Positions 9,539-18,479 of a DNA stretch of 37,700 bases are shown one piece after another; within the stretch, counting starts at the first letter, position 1, and each line of letters begins with the position of its first letter. The notes below the pieces were generated by a model. The model searched no databases. It was not told where the DNA came from and saw only the letters and a program-made list of their open reading frames with translations. Origin of the DNA: an uncultured Azospirillaceae bacterium (GTDB lineage: Bacteria; Pseudomonadota; Alphaproteobacteria; Rickettsiales; UBA3002); assembly GCA_964342335.1 (NCBI GenBank), contig CAYFFN010000002.1, positions 1-37,700 on the forward strand, given 5' to 3'. Made by a program: the position numbers and the translations under genes.

Positions 9539-9581
9539 ACAAACAATAAAATATGTGAAATAATATAATTCACAATTTATA

Positions 9582-9610
9582 TTGCGCATTAGACATAAAA
9601 CTGTCATATA
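9582..9610 (+). promoter_or_regulatory. putative promoter TTGCGC-N17-CATATA with embedded palindrome GACAtaaaacTGTC (18-mer GACATAAAACTGTCATAT at 9592..9609)
   Basis: The 18-mer is repeated identically at 11082..11099, upstream of the paralogous gene. The palindrome sits in the promoter spacer, a typical operator position. Confidence 0.4.
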
Positions 9611-9662
9611 TCCGTGCTAAACTAGACAATGAGAAAAACTCTAACCGCTAGAAGGGCGAACA

Positions 9663-11069
9663 GTGAACCGTTACGAATGGCAAGCAGACTCTGCGCTTAA
9701 GAGCGTAGCGATACGGCATGATCAGGTCTATCCGACTGCCTATATCGTTGCGTCTGATGCAGCAAATACAGCGCTGTATAAGCGCTTGCCGGAGCAGTTA
9801 TGCCGTGCAGGGCTGCAATGTGTTGCGGATGAATTTGAGGGCAAGCCTGCCCTGCGTGTGACGGGGTTCAAATACGACCAGCAGGTCATTCAGTATTTGC
9901 AGCAGACAGGTTTCACGAAGGCCCTACCAACCCTTACGGAGCGCGAGCCTGAGAAGCCTTTTAATGCCGGTGAGTGGGTTAAGGAGAATTCCGCGGTGGC
10001 GGCTGGTCTCACCTATCTGGTGGCGGATGGTATGCAATATGTCTCTGGCGCATTGCGTAAAGACAATAACAACAAGGCAATGGCGGGTTTCTTCGCCTCC
10101 ACTAGCGTGCTGCTTACTTGGCTGGGTACGCCAGATCCGAACCGTCAGATGGAGCGTATTTACCGCAAGTTTGACGATTACATGAAGCGCGAGGGTTTGC
10201 CGCTTGAGGAAGTAGAGCGCCGTTTGTTAAGCGAGCGCTCCGAAGATCGCGGCAATATGATGCGCCGCTTGACGAACTTCCTTTCCGACCATTTGACGAC
10301 GATTAATAATCTCGGTCAGGGCATTGGTGGGTATCAGGCATTACGTGCGGGTATGAACCAGCAGAACAAGTTTAAATCGGCATCTGGCGTGGCGATTATG
10401 ACGGGCCAGTGGGGTGCGCTTGGTATTGAGGAAGATCCGCTTGCGGGTATGAATGATCAAGAAAAAGAAGCTTATTACGCCGCTCAACGAGAGGGGAAGA
10501 AAGCGGATTTGAAAAAGATTGATCCTTTGCAAGACCCAGGAACTTGGCTCAAGCAGAAGCCATTACGCTTAACGACCTTGGGGGCAGGGCTGCATAATAT
10601 TCTTACCCTGATTGGTGGTTTTAGGGAGCAAATGAAGCCCAAAGATGAGATGGTCGCGTTTCAAAGCCAGCGTGGCGCGCATCTGGATATGGGGGCGCAG
10701 GGCGTGAATATTGTGGCGAACACGCTCTATGGCATGTCTCCGCGTGATCGTAGTGGCTTCCTCAAGGAAGAGGGCTATGTCGACGAGCTGACCAGCGTAG
10801 CGGCGCAGATTTTCTGCCACAGCCAAGGGCCTGAGCGTGCCGCGCGTGTGAGCCAATTTGTGGGCTTTATGTCCAGTATGCCGGAGACGAAGTCCTCTGC
10901 GCAGGAGATTTATAAGGCGATTGTCGATAAGATGGAGAAGCTGGAGCAGAACCCGTGGCACAGCGCGTCACACCAGCATGCCCACGCGGAGCCAAAGCCT
11001 TTAAAGCAGGTGCAGTCGCCCGTTTCACGCGAGTTTATGGTAGCGCCAGAAGCGCAACTCGCACTTTAA
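9663..11069 (+). CDS. hypothetical protein, paralog 1 (N-terminal ~95-aa soluble domain plus three Gly-rich helical-hairpin-like segments)
   Basis: The 468-aa ORF starts at a GTG with GAAGGG 6 nt upstream. It aligns along its whole length with the next gene (NRYEWQA, YPTAYI, LRV.GF, NS.VAAGL.YL, W.LK.KPLRL, YGMSP.DR.GFL, PWH). Confidence 0.7.
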   Translation: MNRYEWQADSALKSVAIRHDQVYPTAYIVASDAANTALYKRLPEQLCRAGLQCVADEFEGKPALRVTGFKYDQQVIQYLQQTGFTKALPTLTEREPEKPFNAGEWVKENSAVAAGLTYLVADGMQYVSGALRKDNNNKAMAGFFASTSVLLTWLGTPDPNRQMERIYRKFDDYMKREGLPLEEVERRLLSERSEDRGNMMRRLTNFLSDHLTTINNLGQGIGGYQALRAGMNQQNKFKSASGVAIMTGQWGALGIEEDPLAGMNDQEKEAYYAAQREGKKADLKKIDPLQDPGTWLKQKPLRLTTLGAGLHNILTLIGGFREQMKPKDEMVAFQSQRGAHLDMGAQGVNIVANTLYGMSPRDRSGFLKEEGYVDELTSVAAQIFCHSQGPERAARVSQFVGFMSSMPETKSSAQEIYKAIVDKMEKLEQNPWHSASHQHAHAEPKPLKQVQSPVSREFMVAPEAQLAL

Positions 11070-11081
11070 ATCCCCTAAAGC

Positions 11082-11099
11082 GACATAAAACTGTCATAT
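11082..11099 (+). promoter_or_regulatory. second identical copy of the 18-mer GACATAAAACTGTCATAT (palindrome GACA-N6-TGTC)
   Basis: It is an exact 18/18 match to 9592..9609 and lies 22 nt upstream of the GTG start of paralog 2. Confidence 0.4.
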
Positions 11100-11120
11100 T
11101 CTCCTGCTATAGTAGTCATA

Positions 11121-12614
11121 GTGGAAAAGACTACAGAACATAAACCGACCTATAATCGGTATGAATGGCAAGCAGGCAGCCCGATTAAGGCTATGGCGGT
11201 TAGGAAAGACCAAACCTACCCTACGGCCTATATCGAGGCGAGCGCGGATGCGGCCGATTCACTTTACACGCAATTACCCAAATTGCTGTCCCAACGCGGC
11301 TTGCTGTTTTTTGCCGATGAGCTGGACGGTAAGCAAGTGCTGCGCGTTTGGGGTTTCGACAAGGAAAGCGATATCCATGCCGTGTTGGAGCGCTCTGGCT
11401 ATGTGAACGGCACGGGCACGCAGACCGAAGTTGCGCCCGAGAAAAAGACAGATGGTCCCATGGGCTGGGTGCGAAAAAACTCGGTTGTTGCCGCGGGGCT
11501 AGGATATTTGACCGGTGACTTATTGCTCATGGCGTCGGGTCAGGTGCGCAAAGATGCGAGCCAAACAATAGGGTCTATGAAGTTTGCTGTGACCTCGGCG
11601 TTGCTGATTCTGCTGGGGAACAAGAACCCACGTACGCAGCTAGACCATCTCTACAAGAAGATGGATAACTACCTTGAGAAATCCGATATTGATCTTAGCA
11701 ATACCGACCACCACGTGCTTAGCCGATTGCACAAGAATGTCGACAATGTCTCTTCGGATGTTGAGCATCTGCTTTCTGAGCATGTGATTACCCTTAATAA
11801 CACTTTATTTGGCTGGGGTGGCCTCAATATGGCCCGCGCCGGTATGACGGGTAAGGGAAATTTAGGAGGTAAGCCAAACCCCTTTAAAGCACTTACGGGT
11901 TCGTCTTACACGCTGGGCTATTGGGGTGCAGAGATCATCCCAGAGGATGAAGATGCGGGCATGACCCGTGAAGAGGTGAAGGCCAAAGAGCAGGCCAAAA
12001 GAGAAGATAAAGAATTCAAACCCGCCCCCATTGATCCATTTGTGGATCCATGGTCATGGTTAAAGCGTAAGCCGCTACGTTTGGCATCGGTTTCGGCCAT
12101 TACTGGCAACCTTTCTTTGTTGGTGGGTGGATTCGGGTATGAGCTCCCGGAGATGCGCAAGAAATTGGGCGAACTGGTTAAGGGCACGGAAGAATATAAA
12201 AAGACCTCCGCTTATTTGCAGGGCTCGTTCTTTGATGGTCTTACGCCGCTGGCCTATATTACCGGAGGCGCGATTTACGGTATGTCGCCAAAAGACCGCC
12301 GCGGGTTCCTGCGTGAAGATGATTATTTAGGCGAGCTTTACACGGTTGCTGCGCATCTCTTCAGTGGTTTCCCAGAAGAAGAGCGCACCGTCCGTATTGC
12401 ACAATTTGCAGGAAATATGGCGAGCCATGATGAAATGAAGTCCACGGCCGAAGAGATTCAAGCACATATTGAGCAAAAGATTGCCCAAATTGAAACCAGC
12501 CCATGGCATATTGGGATGGTAAAAGACCGTCCAGAATACCGCGCCCATGCGAATGCCTCCGCGCATGAAGGGGTTCTAGCCGAGCCAGAGAAACTTGCCG
12601 CTCTTACCCATTGA
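11121..12614 (+). CDS. hypothetical protein, paralog 2 of the preceding gene
   Basis: This 497-aa ORF starts at a GTG with a weak RBS. It shares architecture and conserved blocks with 9663..11069. Confidence 0.7.
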   Translation: MEKTTEHKPTYNRYEWQAGSPIKAMAVRKDQTYPTAYIEASADAADSLYTQLPKLLSQRGLLFFADELDGKQVLRVWGFDKESDIHAVLERSGYVNGTGTQTEVAPEKKTDGPMGWVRKNSVVAAGLGYLTGDLLLMASGQVRKDASQTIGSMKFAVTSALLILLGNKNPRTQLDHLYKKMDNYLEKSDIDLSNTDHHVLSRLHKNVDNVSSDVEHLLSEHVITLNNTLFGWGGLNMARAGMTGKGNLGGKPNPFKALTGSSYTLGYWGAEIIPEDEDAGMTREEVKAKEQAKREDKEFKPAPIDPFVDPWSWLKRKPLRLASVSAITGNLSLLVGGFGYELPEMRKKLGELVKGTEEYKKTSAYLQGSFFDGLTPLAYITGGAIYGMSPKDRRGFLREDDYLGELYTVAAHLFSGFPEEERTVRIAQFAGNMASHDEMKSTAEEIQAHIEQKIAQIETSPWHIGMVKDRPEYRAHANASAHEGVLAEPEKLAALTH

Positions 12615-12659
12615 TTCACAAAGCTTGCATTCATGTAGCGGGGCTACTAAGAGTCCAGC

Positions 12660-15600
12660 ATGAGTATTACCTTAAAAGAGATTAGCCAAAAGGCGCATGA
12701 GGCCGAGTCTGAGAGCATTCAGAACTTGCTGCAGCATGTCGGTGCTTACGAGCAAAAACATAAAGCGATTCACGCCCTCGCCGGAGATTTGGTCACGCGC
12801 CTGCGTGAGGAAGGTTCGGGCAGTGGTGTGGAATCGTTTCTGCATGCTTACGGCCTCAACACGCGCGAAGGCGTGGCGGTGATGTGTTTGGCGGAGGCGT
12901 TGTTGCGCATCCCTGACAGTGAAACCGCCGATAGGCTGATTGAAGACACCTTCTCCGAAAGTAAGTGGGAAGAGCATCTCGGCAAGAGCGACTCGCTCTT
13001 TGTGAATGCCTCAACCTATGGCTTGTTGCTGACGGGTAAGGTCATCAATCTCGATAAAGATTTAGAGGGCGCGACCAAGGTCGGCTCGATGATGCGCGGG
13101 CTGATTAAGTCCTCCGGCGAGCCGGTGATCCGTAATTCGATTCGCGCGGCGATGAAGTTGATGGGCGACCAGTTCGTATTGGGTGAGACGATTGACCGCG
13201 CACTCAAACGCGCACGCGAGCCAGAGAATAAAGGCTACCGCACTTCTTATGATTTGCTAGGCGAAGGCGCGCGCACCCACGCACAAGCGATGGCCTATCT
13301 GGATGGCTATCTCGATGCGATTGGCAAAATCGGCAAAGCGGCAAAAGGCAAGAAGGGCATAGAAGCCCCAAGCATTTCGGTGAAGCTCTCTGCCCTGCAT
13401 CCGCGCTACGATTACGTGCATCGCGAGCGCGTGTTTAAAGAATTACTGCCACGCGTGAAGCAGATTGTGTGCGCCGCGCGCGACCAAGGCATTACCGTTT
13501 CCATTGATGCGGAAGAAGCCTCCCGTTTGGATATTGAGCTGGAGCTGTTCGAGCGCCTCTATCTGGACGATGATTTGCGCGATTACGATGGGCTTTCCTT
13601 TGTGCTGCAGGCATACCAGAAACGCGCCTTCTATATTATTGATTGGCTGGCAGCCCTCGCCAAACAAGGCGGCCGCCAGATTCCCGTGCGCTTGGTGAAG
13701 GGTGCCTATTGGGACAGCGAAATCAAATGGGCGCAGGTCGAGGGGTTGGATGGCTATCCCGTCTTCACGCGCAAGTATCATACCGATGTGTCGTACCTCG
13801 CCTGTGCAAAGAAATTGCTCGATCAGGGCAGCGTGCTCTTCCCGCAATTCGCGACGCATAACGTGCTCACCGTTGCGGCGATTATTGAAGTGGCGGGCGA
13901 TGCGCCGTTCGAGTTTCAACGTCTTTACGGCATGGGCCAGCGCCTTTATGAGCAAACGATTAAAGATTATCCGTGCCGTGTATATGCGCCTGTCGGCGTG
14001 CATAAAGACCTGCTCGCATACCTCATTCGCCGCTTGCTGGAGAATGGCGCGAACAAGTCCTTTGTGAATCTGCTGATGGACCGCGAGAAGTCGCTTGAAG
14101 AAATCCTCGAAGACCCGATTGAAAAGGCGCGCGAGTCGCATGGCCGCCACGCGGCGAATATTGTGCTGCCAGAGCAAATTTACGCCCCTGACCGTCGCAA
14201 CTCGCATGGATGGGATTGGGGCAATAAGCATGAAGTTACCCATGCGCAAAAAGAGATTGGTTCTTATCTTGGTCAGCCACTTGTTGCGCCACGCAACGCG
14301 ACGAAGGACGACATACATACAGCCTACGAGACCGCGCAAGCCGCGTTTAAGGTCTGGGAGCGTCATAACGTCTTCCACCGCGCACAGGTGTTGGAGAAGG
14401 CCGCAGATTTGATTGAGGAGAACGCCTTCTCACTCATGGCGCTCTGCACCAAAGAAGCGAAGAAGACCCATATGGACGCCCTCGCAGAGATTCGCGAGGC
14501 GGCAGACTTCTGTCGTTATTACGCCGCACGTTCGCGCGATATTATTCACCCGCAATTGCTGATTGGCCCGACAGGTGAGAGTAACACGCTTTCCCTCCAT
14601 GGCCGTGGCATCTTTGTGTGCATCAGCCCGTGGAACTTCCCGCTCGCGATTTTTGTGGGACAGGTAGTAGCTGCGCTCGTGACGGGTAACTGCGTGCTCG
14701 CCAAGCCCGCAGAGCAGACCCCTGCGATTGCTGCGGCGGCAGTGAAATTGCTGCATGAAGCAGGCGTGCCTAAAGAGGTGTTGCAGCTGGTATGCGGTGA
14801 AGGTGAAACGGTCGGTGCAGGCCTTGTGGCGCATCCTGCTTGTGCGGGCGTGGCATTCACTGGGTCAACGGGTGCGGCGAAAGCGATTCAACGCGCATTG
14901 GCCGATAAAGATGGCCCGATTGTACCGCTCATTGCAGAGACAGGCGGCATGAACGCGATGATGGTCGATAGCTCCGCGTTGCTCGAACAAGCGACCGATG
15001 ATATTGTTAACTCCGCCTTTGGTTCCGCTGGGCAACGTTGCTCTGCGCTGCGCGTGCTCTATGTGCAAGAAGACATTGCCGATGACTTATGGGAGATGGT
15101 CAGCGGTGCGATGGATGCGCTCGAAGTTGGCCCAACCGATAAGCTCTCCTGCGATGTCGGCCCCGTGATTGATAGCGAAGCACAGGCAGGGCTGATGGCG
15201 CATATTGCCCGTATGAAGAAAGAGGCGAAACAGTATAAAGCCGCCCCAGCTGATACCGCTGTGGTGCAGAGCGACAGTTTTGTCGTGCCGCATATGTTTG
15301 AGATTAGCGACATTAAAGCGATTGGCCCGGAGCAGTTTGGCCCCATCTTGCATGTGATTCGCTACGCGGAGAAAGACACTGAGAAAGTGGTGCAGGCGAT
15401 TAACAGCACGGGCTATGGCCTGACTTTTGGTCTGCAAAGCCGCATCATCCAGAACCATATCCGCATTATGCCGGAGATTCATGCGGGCAATATGTATGTG
15501 AACCGTAATATGATTGGTGCGACGGTGGGCGTGCAGCCCTTCGGGGGTGAAGGCTTGTCCGGCACTGGCCCGAAAGCCGGTGGCCCATACTATCTGCTGC

Positions 15601-15671
15601 GATTCGCGTCCGAGCGCACCACCACCATCAACACCACGGCGATTGGCGGCAATCTCGAATTGTTAGGCTAG
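12660..15671 (+). CDS. putA: bifunctional proline dehydrogenase / L-glutamate-gamma-semialdehyde dehydrogenase (short PutA without DNA-binding domain)
   Basis: The 1003-aa protein has a PRODH barrel region (SVKLSALHPRY, LVKGAYWD, FATHN) followed by an ALDH domain (ISPWNFPLAI, ETGGMNAMMVD, GQRCSA). Confidence 0.92.
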   Translation: MSITLKEISQKAHEAESESIQNLLQHVGAYEQKHKAIHALAGDLVTRLREEGSGSGVESFLHAYGLNTREGVAVMCLAEALLRIPDSETADRLIEDTFSESKWEEHLGKSDSLFVNASTYGLLLTGKVINLDKDLEGATKVGSMMRGLIKSSGEPVIRNSIRAAMKLMGDQFVLGETIDRALKRAREPENKGYRTSYDLLGEGARTHAQAMAYLDGYLDAIGKIGKAAKGKKGIEAPSISVKLSALHPRYDYVHRERVFKELLPRVKQIVCAARDQGITVSIDAEEASRLDIELELFERLYLDDDLRDYDGLSFVLQAYQKRAFYIIDWLAALAKQGGRQIPVRLVKGAYWDSEIKWAQVEGLDGYPVFTRKYHTDVSYLACAKKLLDQGSVLFPQFATHNVLTVAAIIEVAGDAPFEFQRLYGMGQRLYEQTIKDYPCRVYAPVGVHKDLLAYLIRRLLENGANKSFVNLLMDREKSLEEILEDPIEKARESHGRHAANIVLPEQIYAPDRRNSHGWDWGNKHEVTHAQKEIGSYLGQPLVAPRNATKDDIHTAYETAQAAFKVWERHNVFHRAQVLEKAADLIEENAFSLMALCTKEAKKTHMDALAEIREAADFCRYYAARSRDIIHPQLLIGPTGESNTLSLHGRGIFVCISPWNFPLAIFVGQVVAALVTGNCVLAKPAEQTPAIAAAAVKLLHEAGVPKEVLQLVCGEGETVGAGLVAHPACAGVAFTGSTGAAKAIQRALADKDGPIVPLIAETGGMNAMMVDSSALLEQATDDIVNSAFGSAGQRCSALRVLYVQEDIADDLWEMVSGAMDALEVGPTDKLSCDVGPVIDSEAQAGLMAHIARMKKEAKQYKAAPADTAVVQSDSFVVPHMFEISDIKAIGPEQFGPILHVIRYAEKDTEKVVQAINSTGYGLTFGLQSRIIQNHIRIMPEIHAGNMYVNRNMIGATVGVQPFGGEGLSGTGPKAGGPYYLLRFASERTTTINTTAIGGNLELLG

Positions 15672-15674
15672 GGC

Positions 15675-16175
15675 TTAAGCTTCGCCTGCGGTATCCATCA
15701 ACGCGATTTTCAATGCATCTTTGGTGCTGTTTCCGCCCCAAGCAACGGCTTGGAAGGCTGGGTAGAAGCGGTCACATTCTGCAATCGCGATATCCAGCAA
15801 GTCTTCGAGCTGTTCGGAGGTGGCTCCTTCGCCGCCACGTAGTAGCAATGCATGACGGAAGGTAATCGCACCTTCATCCGAATCGATATCGAAATGGCCG
15901 AGCCATAATTTCTCATTCACCGCAGCGAGCATCGGATAGAGTGCTGCGCGTTTTGCCTCGGGGGTTTTGGTATCAAAGCCACAAGAGAAGATGAGTACGC
16001 CGAGGTCAGGCTGCCACGTAAACCAAATACGGTAGTTGCACCATACGCCAGAAAATTCGGCGAGCAGTTCTTCGTCGATAGGGCGATCGCACAGCCATTC
16101 GCGATTTTCAATCAGCTGTTCTGCAATATCGAGTGGGTTAGGTACGGAAGTGGTTTCGAGAAAAATGGCGCTCAT
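15675..16175 (-). CDS. YbjN-domain protein
   Basis: This 166-aa acidic protein has the alphaproteobacterial YbjN/DUF1821-like pattern (NPLD..E.....W..DR....EL......W..Y...F.W). The assignment comes from recognised sequence pattern only. Confidence 0.65.
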   Translation of the reverse strand: MSAIFLETTSVPNPLDIAEQLIENREWLCDRPIDEELLAEFSGVWCNYRIWFTWQPDLGVLIFSCGFDTKTPEAKRAALYPMLAAVNEKLWLGHFDIDSDEGAITFRHALLLRGGEGATSEQLEDLLDIAIAECDRFYPAFQAVAWGGNSTKDALKIALMDTAGEA

Positions 16176-16328
16176 GAAAGGCTCCTGCGGTTGGGGTTAC
16201 GCATTTGCCTGCCGGAATCTTGATACGGCCATTGCTGACCTGAAGTCATTAAACCATAAATCGAGGGTGATTACCAATAGATTTAGTAGGTGATATTCAC
16301 ATGCACCACTAGATAAGACGCTACGCGG

Positions 16329-16583
16329 CTATTTTGCCTTCTTCGCCGCGGGCTTCTCCAGCTTATCAAGGCGGGTTTTGAGCGTGGCATTCTCTTCGTA
16401 AAGCTTGGCGACCATATCTTTCACCGCGTCGAACTCTTCGCGTGTTACCAGTTGTGCGTTTGCAGCGAAGCGTTCCATTTGGCTATGAAAGAGCGTCTCC
16501 ATTTCTTTGCGCATTTCCATTGCGGCGCCCGTCGCGCCCGTTGCCATTTTCGCCATATCTTCAAAGAATGCGTTGCCCTTCAT
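16329..16583 (-). CDS. ubiK: UbiK/YqiC (BMFP) family accessory factor
   Basis: I prefer the start at Met19 of the tracked ORF, because AGGAGA lies 5 nt upstream. The protein reads MKGNAFFEDMAKMATGA...VTREEFDAVKDMVAKL.EEN..LK.RL..LE, a coiled coil typical of the family. Confidence 0.8.
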   Translation of the reverse strand: MKGNAFFEDMAKMATGATGAAMEMRKEMETLFHSQMERFAANAQLVTREEFDAVKDMVAKLYEENATLKTRLDKLEKPAAKKAK

Positions 16584-16658
16584 GTGCTTCTCCTGCGTTT
16601 TTGGTTGTGCTGCTACTCTATATAGAGCAGACTGCACCCAAAGTACAAGGAGGCTGAT

Positions 16659-17651
16659 ATGCAGCGTATTTTGGTGACCGGTGGAGCAGGGTTTATTGGC
16701 TCTAATATTGCGGGAGCCCTGGCCGATAAGGGCGAGTATCGCGTGGTCGTGTGCGACGAGTTCGGCGAGACCTTAAAATGGCGCAACCTCGCCAACCACG
16801 AAATTTTTGAGATTATCGCCCCGACCGATTTATTCTATTGGCTCGAAGGCCATACGGATGATTTGGCCGCTATCGTGCATATGGGCGCGGTATCCTCTAC
16901 GACCGAAACCAATGTGGACTATATTCTGGAGAATAACTTCTCCCTCTCCAAGCTGCTCTGGAAATGGTGTGCCCAGCATAGCAAACCGTTTATCTACGCC
17001 TCTTCCGCCGCGACGTATGGTGATGGCGAGGCGGGCTTTGATGATGATCTAGGCTCTTCCTATCTGCAAAAGCTCAAGCCGCTTAATGCCTATGGCTGGA
17101 GCAAGCAGCTGTTTGACCAATATGTCTCTGCCTGTGTGCGCGAGAATGATAAAATGCCACCGCAATGGGTGGGCCTGAAATTCTTCAACGTCTATGGCCC
17201 GAATGAGGAGCATAAGGGCAGCCAGAAGAGCGTGGTATCGCAAATCTTCCCACATGCGAAAGAAGGCCGTCCGGTCAAACTCTTCAAATCGTATAATCCC
17301 GAATATAAAGACGGCGGGCAAAAGCGCGATTTCGTCTATGTAAAAGACTGCGTGAGCGTAGTGGAGTGGTTCCTCAAGAACCCAACCAAGTCTGGCCTGT
17401 TCAACCTCGGCACCGGTGAAGCGCGCACGTTTGAGGATCTCGCCAGAGCGACCTTTACGGCGCTAGGGAAGGAGCCCGCGATTAGCTATATCGATATGCC
17501 GGAGCAAATTAAGGGGAAATACCAGTATTTCACCGAAGCGAGCATGGATCGTCTGCGCGCTGCGGGCTATTCGCAGCCCATGACCTCCATTGAGGATGGC
17601 GTGAAAGATTACGTTCAGACCTATCTCACCAAAGAATATCCGTACTACTAA
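16659..17651 (+). CDS. hldD: ADP-glyceromanno-heptose 6-epimerase
   Basis: Motifs seen: VTGGAGFIGSN, ASSAATYG, FNVYGP.E.HKGS, KRDFVYVKD, FNLGTG.ARTF, KGKYQYFTEA....LRAAGY. AAGGAGG RBS present. Confidence 0.85.
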   Translation: MQRILVTGGAGFIGSNIAGALADKGEYRVVVCDEFGETLKWRNLANHEIFEIIAPTDLFYWLEGHTDDLAAIVHMGAVSSTTETNVDYILENNFSLSKLLWKWCAQHSKPFIYASSAATYGDGEAGFDDDLGSSYLQKLKPLNAYGWSKQLFDQYVSACVRENDKMPPQWVGLKFFNVYGPNEEHKGSQKSVVSQIFPHAKEGRPVKLFKSYNPEYKDGGQKRDFVYVKDCVSVVEWFLKNPTKSGLFNLGTGEARTFEDLARATFTALGKEPAISYIDMPEQIKGKYQYFTEASMDRLRAAGYSQPMTSIEDGVKDYVQTYLTKEYPYY

Positions 17652-17654
17652 GGA

Positions 17655-18479
17655 TTGGCTGTGCGTGAGCTTTTAGAGGCAGCACTAGCGATAGACCCCG
17701 TGCTTATTCAGCTCGGCCCCATCGCGATTCGCTGGTATGCGCTGGCCTATGTCGCGGGCATTTTGCTCGGCTTCCAATATATCAAAAGCCTCAACAAACA
17801 GAGCGCGCCGGGCATCTTCTCCGAGAAGGGGCTGGATGATTTGGTGTTTTATGCGGTGGTGGGCATCATCATTGGTGGCCGATTGGGCTATGTGCTCTTT
17901 TACAACGCGCCTTATTACGTCGAGAACCCAGCCGAGATTGTCGCGATATGGCAAGGTGGTATGTCGTTCCATGGCGGGTTGATTGGCGCGACGGTTGCCT
18001 TTTATCGTTTCTCCAAGCGTCATTATGTGCCCTTCCTCTCCGTGATGGATTACATCGCCTGCGCCGCGCCGATTGGGCTGTTCTTTGGCCGCATTGCCAA
18101 CTTCATCAATGGTGAACTCTATGGCCGCGTGAGTGATGTGAATTGGGCGGTGGTGTTCCCGAATGGCGGGTCAATGCCGCGCCACCCTAGTCAATTGTAT
18201 GAGGCATTACTTGAAGGAGCGCTGCTGTTTATCATCATGGCGCTGCTTTGGCATCGCACGGCCTTGCGCCGCAAGCGGGGCTGCATGGCGGGTATCTTCT
18301 TGGTGGGGTATGGCCTCTCGCGCTTTGCTATTGAGTTCTTCCGCGAGCCGGACCCGCAGCTTGGCTTTTTGTTTGCGGGTGCGACGATGGGCCAGCTCTT
18401 GTGCATTCCGATGATTCTGCTAGGTTCGTGGCTCATTATCAAAGCAGAAGTTCCGCATGAGTCTCGCATCGCTGATTAA
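17655..18479 (+). CDS. lgt: prolipoprotein diacylglyceryl transferase
   Basis: Motifs seen: IRWYALAY, GMSFHGGLIG, GRIANFINGELYGR, RHPSQLYEA. The start is uncertain (TTG at 17655 or GTG at 17661). Confidence 0.9.
   Translation: MAVRELLEAALAIDPVLIQLGPIAIRWYALAYVAGILLGFQYIKSLNKQSAPGIFSEKGLDDLVFYAVVGIIIGGRLGYVLFYNAPYYVENPAEIVAIWQGGMSFHGGLIGATVAFYRFSKRHYVPFLSVMDYIACAAPIGLFFGRIANFINGELYGRVSDVNWAVVFPNGGSMPRHPSQLYEALLEGALLFIIMALLWHRTALRRKRGCMAGIFLVGYGLSRFAIEFFREPDPQLGFLFAGATMGQLLCIPMILLGSWLIIKAEVPHESRIAD

Noticed and set aside
9554-9574. The palindrome TGTGAA-N9-TTCACA after the 537-aa gene, considered as a CRP-type site.
   Set aside because: The half-site spacing (TGTGA-N11-TCACA) does not fit the CRP/FNR N6 or N4 geometry. 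It is more likely a weak AT-rich hairpin at the end of the transcript, and I am not confident enough to call it a terminator.
12615-12659. A search for a direct repeat of the tRNA-Arg 3' end (att-like scar) at the far border of the 7.7-12.6 kb cluster.
   Set aside because: Nothing resembling GGTTCGAATCCTCTCGGGGACGCCA is present in the putA-proximal spacer, and no integrase is present. The island idea therefore rests on context only.
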